This document shows positions 1 through 11,820 of a stretch of DNA of 20,000 bases, one piece after another. Where the stretch lies: contig CAJVPI010000056.1 of NCBI GenBank assembly GCA_910592345.1, positions 44,099 through 64,098 on the forward strand, read 5' to 3'. A program made the translations under genes and the position numbers. Origin of the DNA: Paraglomus brasilianum. Lineage: Eukaryota. The notes below the pieces were generated by a model, which saw nothing but the letters and a program-made list of their open reading frames with translations, was not told where the DNA came from and ran no database searches. The stretch's first letter is position 1. Every line of letters starts with the position of its first letter.

Positions 1-37
1 CTTACCAATGGAAAGAATTTTCAACCTTGCAAAATCG

Positions 38-411
38 TCAAGCCAGAGGGCTTATGAGCCTGTAAATAAACAAAGAATGTTTAATAGTGGTCCTAAAATG
101 CGCCCGAGATTCTGCGTATATTAATTTTTGCGCGTACCTTATGAGAGAGGGTCTCGGGTTACTTCTCGTATAGCCTATAAGCAAAAGGTTTATTATTAAT
201 ATGGCAGTAGCCGGTTTGTATAGTTTTGAGAGTGCGACATGAGTACATTACCCAAGTAAATTACAAAAGGTATGAAACCCCAGTGAATGATAGTTTTCGT
301 TATCTCGGTGATTTTGTTAATTTTCTCCTGTAGTAAAGAGTTGAATAAAAGGCATATAAACGAGACATTAAGCTTTAGTCGGGGTAAGCAAACCTTTGTT
401 TCTTCTTTCAT
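38..411 (-). CDS. TOM7: Mitochondrial outer-membrane translocase subunit Tom7 (50 aa, 4 exons)
   Basis: Exons 411-394, 327-252, 174-138 and 59-38 are joined by GT..AG introns. They give MKEETKEKINKITEITKTIIHWGFIPFVIYLGYTRSNPRPSLIRLISPLA*, with the Tom7 signature HWGFIPxxIYLG and C-terminal LISPLA. Confidence 0.95.
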
Positions 412-654
412 GTTTGGATTGTGCAAACTGTTTTAGTTTGTTGACTTGGTAGAGTTTAAAAAATCGCCATTCGAATGATCATAATCACGTTACTTGCAAT
501 AAAATTTCTGTTGTAACACAAACTAAGTAAGTTGCTATTTGGGCAGAATTTACATTCGAGATAACCAAAATAGTAATCCAAATATACATCGCAAACAAAA
601 TTTTTTATTAAACGCATTATTTAGATAATTTTATTTAAATTGTAAACTGATTGA

Positions 655-3600
655 TTATTCCGCATTCAAATTTCCATCACCATAATCACCGCCAGCAGCC
701 ATGGGAGTAGCAGGTATAAAATGTGGAGTCGCCGGTACAAACAGTCCTGGGGTCATAGGCTCAGGAGTAGTGGGTGGAAGATGCTTCGGCGTTGGCACGA
801 AATTCGGCCCATCCGCTGCAGGCGTAGTCGCAACGAAATTGGGTGTGACTGGTGCTGGTGTCGGCGCAGAAAATCTCGGAGTCTCCGGGGCAGGTGTAGG
901 TGCGGAAATATCCCATCTAGGAGTTAACCCACCATCACCCCATCGCGGCGATCCATCATTTGATCCGCCTATCCATGCCGGCGTTTTGCTGCCAATGTCC
1001 CATGCCGGTGTTTGTGAGCCATCATTGGTTGAATGAATAGCAGGCGTGCGCGAGCCGTCGGCGTGTGGATTGGGTGTCATTGCTGAGGAATAGGCCGGTG
1101 TACGGCTACCCGCCCAGGACGGTGTACGAGAAGATGACGACCAGCCGCTGGGGGAATAAGGTGACGATGCGCCGTAATTGCTTGACGTATCGAGATCACG
1201 CTCTCTGGGTTGGAAGTCAGATGCAATTGGTCGGATAATCCCGCTCGAACTGTGTATAAAAGAGATCGTACAAACGCAATTAAACACAGCAAAGTTCATA
1301 AATATCTCTGCAACAAAAAGAACAAAACTCATCACATACTCTTTCATCATTAATTTAGCCTTCTCAACGTTCAAAATTCTACTATCTGTATGCAATTCCA
1401 CTCTTGCCATGGTTTCCGTGGTATCCTTTACAATACCCATATAGCCTTTATAAGGGCCTTTAACGATAGTAACTGTCTGATCAATTAAATGGTCTTTTCT
1501 TCCTCCTCTGCCCCTTCCTCTTCCTCTAGAACCCCTTCCGCGACCGCGATCATATCCTCTATCACCATAGCCACGATTGTTAAAACTACGATTCTGTCCT
1601 TGAGATCTATCCAACTGCCGGTTACCGTAGACTGCTGGATTTATTTGGTCGAGTTTCGGTGCAGTCTGCGTGCAATAGCAACAAGATAAAAAGTGAGACA
1701 AGGAAAACAAAAAGCAGATAAAGTGTAACCAGAGTCGGTTGCTTACCGTGGTTGAATTCTTGTTGATGAGACTTTTCCATCGTGTAAAGAATACACCACC
1801 ATTTTCAGAGATGTCACGAGCTAATAAAAAGGCCGTGTGTTTGAATATATGCAATATCTTGCCCTCACGCATCTATGTTAATTAGAATCACATATAATGA
1901 GTATTGTTTCCAACAGCACATACACACATATATTAAAACCAACCTCTCGAATAGTCTCTTGTGCCAAGTCGCCTTGCTGTAAGGTATTTCCGTGTGAATC
2001 TTTGACTTGCGCCCGTCGAGTATCGAGCTTCCTTGATATCTCTACTGCCTCAACGCTTCGTACAATCCCGTCGTCACTAAGGATGCGATAGGATCCACGC
2101 TCGATTCCGACAATGATGCCATAAGCACCATTGCTTAGAAGAAAAGTTAGAATTCATCAAACAATAATGAAACTGTAGTAAGGAGATACCAAAAATACTC
2201 ACAATAGCTGAACGAATTCATGTAGTTCATGTTTACTCTCAGACGTCACACTCTTTGTGGCATCAGCAGCTCTCTTGACATCTTTTGAGAACACCACAGC
2301 CTAAGGTTGGTTATTCAATTTCCAGTTAGCTCCTCAAAAGCAATGATTCAACAAATTGACAATAGACATTTACCTCCTCCATAGTATCATCGAGTACTAG
2401 AGTAACTGTCGTTCCTTTGACTTCTAATACCATTCCTGTGGCATCTTTATGCTTGCCGTTAAGTACTTTAACATGATCTCCTTGTGAGAACTTTTTCCTC
2501 AATCGACTGGCTTCCACAACAGCTTTTTGCAATGCGCCACTGTTGGTGTCACGCGAAACAGTAAAGGTGACCATCCCCAATTCTACTACATCAACAGTTC
2601 CATACAATCCCGCCTCACCACCATCTACTACTTCTACTATGTCGCCAGGTTGGAAATCAGTTTTGATAGCGGCCGTGAGTGGGCTATCGATGGCCAAAGT
2701 TGCGACTACGATCGGAAGCAGACAAGTTGATAATTGAAGTAAATATTAAGGTCGCAAATTATAACCTTTCATTTATGTTTAGCTTACTTGTAGCACCCTC
2801 CTCAAACTGAGCAGCGGCAAACGCTGTGATTTCGTCCACTGATGGACTTACATCATCCACGATCTGTTGCAATTCGAGTTCATAAGCCCATTTGAATAAT
2901 ATCGAAAGCGAGTTATATACTAACCAGATTTGAAAGTTTGACATCTCTCTCTATGTATCCGCGCTTATAATTATTAGCATGTGCCGACTTTTTACGTTTA
3001 TCCCCGGACGCTGAATCGTCTTTCTTTGCTACAAGTTTAACTCTTGCTGAATCTCCAGATTCTGATATGTCAACAACCTATCATATCATATCATATTATA
3101 TCATGAGCAATCTTGTTAAGAGCACGCATATCCTGCTATATATTGCAGACGCAAAGCAATATAGTACCTGCGCCAATTCTCCAGCGTTACGACCTTTCTT
3201 AATCTTTACCCAGCTATTGGGTTTAAGGTCGATGCGTTTAGATTTTATTACAATTACATCAGCACGCTCGTCTACAGGCACGAGCTGTATTTTTGAAGCA
3301 AATACATTGTTGACGTTTTGAACAGCCTAAATGTTATAGAATCAACACAAAAAATGAGGAGATTAATAAATAACGAGCGTTTCATAATTTCTCTTTCTAT
3401 TGCGATGCATATACGTACCGCTTGAACATCGGTAAGCTTTCTCGCTTCTATGTACACGTAGCCTTTTAAAGAATCTCTACATGAAGCAGAAAAAATCTTT
3501 GAAGTTGGCCCTCCATATTGCTCGGTATCGTTGACCCGTCTCATGAGCGTGAGAACAATATCTTTTTCCTTGCCGGGCTGTCATTAATCAAAACAAGATG

Positions 3601-4433
3601 AGCACATTTTATATAATCAGCTCGTTCTACTCAAGCTCACAAAACTAACCTTACATCGAACAACCCACATATTAGGCTCGTTCACGTCAGCAAGCTGCAA
3701 TACAGCCGGAATGGCTGTATCAGTTGCCATCCGCAATGGACGGCGTCGACCATGGCGCTCCTTGAGTCGTGCTGCCATCTCGTGGGCATCGAAAGCATCT
3801 TCTTCCTCGCGTTCTAGTTCAAATCGTGCACGTCGGACTGCTCGCGCTGATATGCGGTCTTCTTCTGGCTCATCACGGGCAATAAAGGCTAGAAAACAAA
3901 TGTATAGGTAAATAAAAGTAATAAAGGTCTTTGTTCATCGTATACTCCGTTTCCTATAGTACTTACTATCCTGAAACCCTTCCTCCTCTTCATCATCATC
4001 TTCATCATCGTCATCTACTTCAGCCTCATCTAACACGAAGAGATTCTTTTCTTCCTTACGACGCTTCTTACTTCTCTGTATAATTGATAATGGACAATAA
4101 TCGAATTAGCACAAAGGTGCATAACCACATATCCAAAACATTTTAAAGCCCTCATGAAATAAACAGCCTCTCGATCGCCCTCTCTTGCACAATGCTATAG
4201 TTCAGCCGCTTCCAGTTTCTCAGGCTTTGCTCTTACATGCTTACCTTTCTACTCTCTTGTTCATAATCGTCGTCGTCCTCGTCCTCGTCTTCTTCCTCGA
4301 TTTCGTCGTCTTCCTCCTGCTCTTCGTCAACTTCATAGTCATCACCTCCCTGATCGTTTTGCTGGGGGTCTTCTTCATCATCTTCTTCCCAGCCCGAGGC
4401 TCTAGTTCCTTCGTCGTCCGAATATTGAGACAT
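655..4433 (-). CDS. SPT5: Transcription elongation factor Spt5 (DSIF large subunit), ~916 aa, 13 exons
   Basis: Exons 4433-4245, 4075-3967, 3888-3650, 3577-3419, 3326-3168, 3077-2925, 2863-2788, 2705-2374, 2300-2203, 2133-1944, 1872-1747, 1665-1340, 1249-655; all GT-AG and frame-consistent. Acidic N-terminus (FVLDEAEVDDD), NGN domain (PNMWVVRCKPGKE...LKGYVYIEA), KOW motifs (FQPGDIVEV, FSQGDHVKVLNGKH, IVKGPYKGYMGIVKD), RG-rich linker and C-terminal TPAW/TP repeats. Confidence 0.95.
700..1160 (-). repeat. Spt5 C-terminal repeat region (GSRTPA/TPAW then APTP repeats)
   Basis: The translation contains SRTPSW, GSRTPAY, GSRTPAI, GSQTPAW, GSKTPAW, TPRW, then SAPTPAP x2 and FVPATP-type repeats. These are the typical CDK9-phosphorylated CTR repeats of Spt5. 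Confidence 0.85.
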
Positions 4434-4629
4434 ATTCTATACAATATGATACGATTTGCAAGATATGTTGAAGGATATTCTATGTATCAGATATTAATAT
4501 CTATCCTAATTTGTATATATTTGGTAAACAGTACACGTGATAACGATCGTCCTCTAATCTTCGGCTATTACATAAAAAGCGCGGGGAATTTGTAGGCTAT
4601 TAAGATTAACTATTAATTCATTCACAAAA
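4434..4629. promoter_or_regulatory. Putative bidirectional promoter shared by SPT5 and SPT6
   Basis: 196 bp separate the divergent ATGs (4433 minus, 4630 plus). A palindromic CACGTG (4534-4539) sits near the midpoint, with a forkhead-like GTAAACA (4524-4530) close by. Motif function is inferred only. Confidence 0.7.
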
Positions 4630-7600
4630 ATGACTGAAGACGAAGACATCATCAACGAAGACGGAGAACTTATACAGAATGAAGCCATGGAGGAGGATGA
4701 AATTGAAGAAGAGGAAGACGAATCTACTGATGAAGAAGAAGCAGCCAAAGTAGATCTTGATTCTTTTTCAAATATGCCACACCCATCCTTCGGTTTTAAC
4801 ATGCGATTACCCTTTTCGCTAGATTGCTAAAGACTTTATCGTCGACGACGACGACGAGGAAGAGCAAGAAGAGGCTAAGAATGAAGTTCGTTCATCTCGT
4901 CGAAGGAAACGAAAGCGAGAGAAGAGAATAGAAAGTATGAACTGTTTTCTTATTAGTTCTTTCTGTTTAGAGTTACTAATTTTTGATCCCTTCCGCAGGC
5001 GACGACGACGATTTAGACGACGACGATTTAGAACTCGTTGAAGAGAATACAGGCATGACAATGAACCGAAGCGAAGTACGTTTTGTTTGTCTTTTCTAGG
5101 CTGTTCATGTTATGAGCGCTAATAGGTTTTTATTTAAATGTAGCGAAAGTTAAAGAGACTTAAGAAGCGTGGCAGAGAGGAGTCACCCCGACGTCGTAAC
5201 GATCTATCCAGAATTTTTGATGAAGATTACGAAGATCAAGAAGCTGTCGGTGATGACCTCGACGCGTTCATCGTCGACGATGACGACGATGGCGGCATTG
5301 CCGTAAGCGATCAGATGGGTGATGGAATCCCTCTTGACGAATCTGGAGAACCTTTGAGTGCCGAGGATCTAGAGTAAGTTTTTTTTGCTTATAAAATTAA
5401 TGTTGGATCTGAAATCGTGCTGAAAACGGTCTTATCATCTTAGGGCCAAGTCCACTTGGCATGAACTCTTTGATTATAAGGCAGATTATTTATGGGCTCT
5501 TCAGGTATTTTTTTCGCCAGTTTATATAGGAGTCCGATATTGGTGTATATATATACACATTAATTTCTGCCGTATTTTCGCGTACTTTTTAATTTTCAGG
5601 AGGCGAGGAGAGATCCCGTAACAAGGGATATTAAAGAAGTAAGTACACAAGAGTATTAATTTTTTCAAGCCAGTCCAGCATTCAACTATGATTGTTAACT
5701 AACGTTTAACAGATGATCTCACCGAATGAGCTCAAGATCCGAATGATGACTGACGAAGATGAACTTATACGTAAAATTGACATTCCAGAACGCATGCAAT
5801 TGCGCGAAGGAATTGATGGCAAACGAAAGCTTACTCCAGATGAGATAGAGGAAGAGACTAGTTGGGTGTCTAAATTCTTCGCAGAAAAGAAAGGCACTGA
5901 ACCTGCTAAAGTACAGGATACAGTTGGATATATTGTCAAAGATCTCAGTCAAGAGCTAGTTGAAATTCCTTACATAATTGCACAACGACGTGATCATTTA
6001 CTTCCGCATTCGAGAGATCGAGAACTCACAACCGAAGACCTTTGGACAATATATGATTTAGACACAAAGTTTCATGCACTAATAGAAGCACGTGAAAGGC
6101 TAAGGCAGTACATATCAAAGCTCGCAAATCCTGATGAATATGTAGAGGAGATGATACCACAGGCGGAACGCATTGAAGAGCTTAACGATTTGAGAGAATA
6201 TTTGAGTCTTAAATATTGTGACCAAATAGTAAGGCCAGATAAGAAAGGCCCAAGAAAAGCAGATAAATTTAAATACTACGAAAGATGTCGAAGCCGGGGT
6301 GTTCAAGGCTTTGTTAAGGTAATTTTTCAGACTCTTTTATTCATCATCTTTAAATATTTCTAACTTGCGTAAGTTTGCACTTTAAACTCGCCGATTGTTT
6401 TATTAGCATTTCGGAATAGATATGCGAGCGTTTGCCAAAAGCTTTCTTTACCGTAATAAAATGCATTTCCCAAATGATGTCTCAAAATATCCAGAGCAAG
6501 CCGCAGAAGAGTACATTGCCATGGCATCTGCAGATGATAATGGCCCTCGGTCGGGACGTACTACAGCCGCACAACTCATGGAAGGTAAATTTATTCTTTT
6601 GCCTAATTCGTCATTGGACAGAATTAATAACTAGCCTTGTTGTATAGATGCAAAATTTATGCTCGCAAGCGAACTCGCATACGATCCTCAGATAAAGAAA
6701 GCTTTCCGTCAGTTGTATCAACAAAATGCAGAAGTCATTGTATCGCCAACAGACAAAGGCCTTAACGAGATTGTTAGCAAAAAGCATCCATGCTGGGTAT
6801 GCTTGTTATCACTAATTTACTCGTCACCCATTATTATATGCGATCTATTCTGAAATCTAAATGATTCTCCATTGTAGCCATTTAAGTTCTTAAAGAAACC
6901 AGTTTCCGGATTTGCCAATAGTGGACAATTCCTTCAGATACTGAACTCTGAAAAAGATGGCTTGACAGATGTTGTCATATGTCTTCGCAATAAGCAAAAT
7001 CTAGTCGAAGAAATGTACCAATATATGAAAAGCGATAGTACCAGTCAATATGGAGTCCAATGGGATTCTCATCGTTGTAACATAATTGACAAGGCAGTTA
7101 GTGATTGGCTGGAAAAAGATATGGATAAATGGCTTAGAGCTAAACTAAAAGCTGACGCTGAAGACTACGTTCTCAGTGCATGTCGAAGCAAATTTGAGAA
7201 GGTAAATGTTTATCTACCGTACATCTCATAATATGCTTGTGCTTATGAACTTCTATCCCTACATATAGAAAATTAATATTGGCCCTTACGGAGGTCATAA
7301 TCTCGAGCCAGATATGCTCCCGCGTGTCATTGCGCTCACATGTGGAGACGAGGAAACACCTCAAGACGTCGAGGTTGTCTTTATAGACGAACACCGTCGA
7401 ATATCAACGCTTACACTTAATGATCTCCGGCCTCCAAATCCAAAAAAGGAAATCCAACTTCAAGAGAGGGCCTCTAGAGATCGTAAAGCGTTTACAGACT
7501 TTTTGAGAAAGAAGCGACCTGAAGTGGCAGTGGTGGCAGGATACTCATCACATACCAAGAGTTTATTGACTCAAGTTAATGCTCTTATTGAAGATTATAA

Positions 7601-9861
7601 TAGGAGATATAGAGAGGACACTGAAGACGAGATTGATGTTCTTGTCGTGAATGATGAAGTTGCGAAACTATGTAAGCGTGACTCTCAATCGGCTAAACCT
7701 TGGAACATAAAATTCAGAGATGAGACAGATAAGTTAAAGCGATACTGCGCGTCAATTGCACGACTGGTACAGACACCTCTTCATGAATATACTGCGTTAG
7801 GCGATGATACTACTCTTCTTGATTTCCATCCGATGCAGAGATTGGTAAGTTGGATTAACAACGACATTGCCATTATATGCCATGCTTTCATAATTGTCAT
7901 TCCTCCTATTGCTATGGTTAACATTACCATTGTCGCCGCTAAACATTAACTTCGATGCGTTTGTTCATTATTGAATAGGTTCACCGTGAGAAGCTAAAGG
8001 AAGCACTTGAGCGTGTTATAATTGATGTAACAAACTCTGTTGGCGTAAATCTTTCACTTGCACTGGATGATCCATATTTGGCGAATGTAGTAAAGTATGT
8101 CAGTGGTCTAGGGCCTCGCAAAGCAAAGGGCCTATTGGATAGTTTAGGTCGACTAAGGCGGGAATTGGGGGTGGATTCACAGCTGTCAAGAGAATTTCTC
8201 AAAAACGAAAAGATTCTTAAGCCTAAAATATTCGAGAATTGTGCATCATTTATTCGTATTGATGGGACAGCAGAGCCTCTGGATACGACTCGTATCCATC
8301 CTCAAGATTATCCAATAGCCCGTAAGATGGTATGCGATGCGCTTGATGCTGACGTAGAAGATGTAATGGAATGTGAACCAGCAGCTACGTATGTTCGGAG
8401 GATAATGGAGCGCGAACCTGACAAACTGAATGACTTGTCACTGGATGAATATGCAGAAGAAATAGCCAATATCTATAGATCTGTCAGAAGTTATGGACTC
8501 TATCTTATCAAACAGGAATTACAAGAGCCATATAAGGACATGCGAGCTGAATTTAGGAAATCCAGTCCTGATGAGATATTTGAGTATATTTATAGGGAGA
8601 ACGACAAAACACTTTATCCCGGATGCTTTGTACCTGATGTTCAGATAGTTAGAGTTCAAGAAAAAATAGTTAATTGCAAGCTGGCCTCAGGGCTTGATGC
8701 CATAATTAATGTGTATAGGATCACTGATCAACCGTTATCTGATGCTAGATTGGTGCTTCAGGAAGGTCAAACCGTTGACTGCAAAGTAGTAAGAGTTGAT
8801 AAATACGAATTAGTGGTTGAATTGACATGTAAACCTAATGAGGTAATAGATATCGAAGAGGATAACTCGATCGTGCCTGACCCGTACTATGATAGAACTG
8901 CAGAGGCACTGGCTACACGGACACAAAAAGGTTTGGCTGTAATAATGAAAAAGATGAAAAATTCTTTATTCGATCATTGACACCTTTTCTTTGCTGACAT
9001 TATAGTAGTTCGCCGGCCTCCACAGAAAGCTCCTCAGAAACGTATATTACATCACTCTTTATTCAAAGATATGACTTGGAGCGAGGCTGAGAAACATCTA
9101 GAGGATAAACGCAGAGGAGAAACAGTCCTCAGACCTTCGTCAAAAGGGCCTAACGTTATTGGTTGTACATGGAAAGTTGCCCCAAATATTTATCAACATC
9201 TTGGTAAGTATGTCAAAAGTTTTATGATTGTGCGGTGAAAATATATGAACTTGTGCAACCATTAATACCATTTGTCAATTAGATGTAATGGAATTACCAA
9301 AAGGGCCCGATGGCAAAGCAAAAGTAAAGGTCGGAGAGTACGAATACAGCGAAATCGACGAATTGCTGGTCCATCATATTGACTCATCTGCTCGCAAGTT
9401 GGGCTCTTTACTTAATCACAGTAAATTCAGAACGGATAAAGCTGCCCTTGGTATGTATTCTAAATTAGTTGTTGTGTACACATCTATCTACTATTTTTAA
9501 TAAACTCTCTCCCTGTATGTAGAAAATTACCTTCTTAAACAATTACAATGGAGCCCACAATTTGCTGCTTACGGATTCTGTCTTGATCCAGTAAAGGCTG
9601 GCGGGTTCTTGATTGGCATTCGGAATTCTTTGCGGACTGAAACCGTATATTGGGTAAGCTACTAGAGTGCTTATTGCGAGTATCATCAATTATGATAATA
9701 ACTTATTGACTACAACGCATTCCTTCATTTCACAGCACGGTGTTGTTGTTCCCGAAGGATTCAGGCTCAATCAGATGAATTATGCAACCGTTAACGATTT
9801 AATTACTGGTTTCAAGAAATTAGCAGGACATTCACTTGCATTTAAGGCCAACCGAAATTGA
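4630..9861 (+). CDS. SPT6: Transcription elongation factor / histone chaperone Spt6, ~1348 aa, 16 exons
   Basis: Exons 4630-4749, 4823-4934, 4999-5075, 5144-5373, 5444-5504, 5600-5638, 5713-6318, 6407-6584, 6648-6796, 6878-7201, 7269-7844, 7979-8930, 9006-9203, 9283-9450, 9523-9653, 9736-9861; frame-consistent. Acidic N-terminus (DFIVDD, LDDDDLELVEEN), DIPERMQLR, YqgF-like region, HhH (YVSGLGPRKA), LDTTRIHPQDY, S1 domain and tandem SH2 (RPSSKG...TWKV...YQH). Confidence 0.95.
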
Positions 9862-11142
9862 ACTAATGCAGCGCTGCTCATACAATTAATTTTATTGCCG
9901 ATGATAGGTTAGAACTGACTCTAAATTTTATTTCATTTTGCCTGCTGCTTTTATTGCAGCATTCCTCATAAAGAAATTGAATAACTGTCCGGCGAATGAA
10001 TTTATTTCATGTTGTATAACGATAAGCGATGAAGATGCCTGTGTAAATCTTATTCACCGTTTGAAGAGCATGAATATGGTTCCTGTCAATCTTCCTTCTC
10101 AAAGTTGGATCATTTTCAGTCAAGTATGGCATGATCTAGCTCAAGCCTATCAATTAATTTCATCTTTCCTGCGCGCTATTTTCTTTCAGTAATAATCGCA
10201 GTCAACTGATTCGTAAGCCGATCCCCATATGAAGAGTAATTATCGCGTAAGCAAGACTTTCGAACTCTGAACGCGTCTATGTTGTTGCCGTCAACACCAG
10301 CATAGTAATAGGTCAAATCATCGTGACTGAGCGTTACGGATGTTTTAGTGTCTGATTATAATCCGTTTACTCCTCCTTTCGAAGAGGCCGATCTTCCTCC
10401 TTTTTGATGGTTCCACGCGTTACTGTAGTGTGGACTCCGCTTACTCCTCAACTGTTTTGGTTGGAATCGTGAGCATGTTCTGTTCAGAGATGAATGGAAA
10501 AATGTGCGATATACTTATGGATTACTTTTTACTGTTCCTTTTCACATATGTTACGTGTTCACACTACCCTAATTAGACACTCACATAGTCGAGACTCGTC
10601 TTCTACAATAAACATCTATCAATTCCGCAACAACAAGTATCAAAATCACCCTGAAGCGAATGTAAAAAAGTGGGGGCTTGAGCCAATGATGGGACATTGT
10701 TTAGCGCAGCATTCGCTATTGCAATCACATATTTAACTCTAATATGCTTTCGATCTGTTCGATAGTACGTTATCTATATATCGATCTCTATTGTTGCGAT
10801 TGTCATAATTTAACAAATTGAGGCAAGGTGTTCGATTGATAGTATTAATTTTACACATGGCCGGAATCTACAAGCTTATCGTGCCGGTGGTCCTGTGAAC
10901 GGATCTGTTTACTAAGGGTTGACAGTCTTAGTCGCTGGAGATAGATCTAAACATATTCACTGTTTGAAATGACAAGGACATGCTTCTGATACTAGTCACT
11001 GACGGAACAGGCGAATTAGTCGTGTGATGGAGCCTGATCAGAAAGTGTGGAAAGATTGGTGGTATGGAAGGAGCCAGAAAGGATGTACGGATAAAGAGGA
11101 AGGTTGTCGGAAAGAGTACAATACACGGGAATCAAATATACA

Positions 11143-11820
11143 TAGTCAACCTCGTTAATCCGAAGAAATATTCTGGTCCCGATTTATTAATAAGAAATTA
11201 ACCTCGTTTATCCGAATTTTTATGTATAATCCGCAATCCGAAGGCAGTTGTGAAAAACTTATATAAAAATTCCTCGTTAATCCGAAGATTTTTGTTAATC
11301 CGAAGAATCTCATCAGCTTATAAAGCTTAACTCTCTCTTTGAACATAATGAACCGTAAGCCAAAAAGACAAAAGAAAGAATTGAAGATTGCCGAGATAGA
11401 TAATCATTTACTTGGAGAAACTGAGAGAATACCAATTGATGAAGACGTTTTAGAAATTGTCACAAGCATTGAAACACCAGAACCGTGTGAAGAATACGAG
11501 GATGAAAGCATCGACAAGAATATGCGACAAAATTCGTCATCAATCCCGCCTTGTAGTCGATCTTAGAGAATGATTAAAGTACTTGAAACACAAAGTAAGC
11601 GACAACTATATCTTGACAGTTTTTTCGCACCTCAAAGCGAGACGACATAATCAGATGTTAGCAGGTGAAAGCGTGTAGAACCATTTTGTGTACGTTGTGA
11701 TAATCTAACTAAACAATAATAAAGACTTAAGTTGTAAACCGAATAATTATTGAATCCAATAGCAAGTTCGGATTATTGAGAACAAACCTAGTTAATCCGA
11801 AGATGACCATTCTTCGTAAC
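11143..11820 (+). mobile_element. Internally deleted pogo/Tigger-like (Tc1/mariner superfamily) DNA transposon relic
   Basis: The left end TAGTCAACCTCGTTAATCCGAA resembles pogo CAGT.. TIRs. The motif (CTC)GTTAATCCGAA recurs at ~11151, 11203, 11273, 11294 and 11788, and inverted (TTCGGATTATTGAG) at 11767. The internal frame 11339-11650 has one in-frame stop and encodes an acidic tail (IPIDEDVLEIV) ending in QLYLDSFF, like pogo transposase C-termini. The right TIR is decayed. Confidence 0.7.

Noticed and set aside
900..1160. GW/WG dipeptides in the Spt5 tail as a possible Argonaute hook
   Set aside because: There is only one GW and one WG; the tryptophans belong to ordinary TPAW-type CTR repeats.
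1421..1430. GTATCCTTT, a U12-type donor consensus
   Set aside because: It lies on the plus strand, antisense within an SPT5 coding exon. All reconstructed introns are U2-type.
701..1689. Plus-strand ORFs (701-1036, 721-927, 1178-1444, 1489-1689)
   Set aside because: These are antisense shadows of the repetitive SPT5 CTR and RG exons, with no independent protein features.
4076..4244. Longer SPT5 intron 1 (169 nt) as a snoRNA or TPP riboswitch host
   Set aside because: No properly arranged C/D boxes or TPP aptamer core could be identified by eye.
4185..4595. 136-aa hydrophobic ORF resembling a membrane protein
   Set aside because: It is the antisense of the Asp/Glu-rich SPT5 exon 1; the complement of GAA/GAC codons yields F/V/L runs.
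10660..10740. Possible Pol III ncRNA (T-run on the minus strand, GGGGGCTT resembling an RNase MRP element)
   Set aside because: No matching GAAAGTCCCC-like partner, tRNA cloverleaf or snRNA motif was found.
11150..11305. Spaced GTTAATCCGAA repeats as a CRISPR-like array
   Set aside because: The repeats are short, irregularly spaced, in both orientations and in a eukaryotic context. They are better explained as transposon subterminal repeats.
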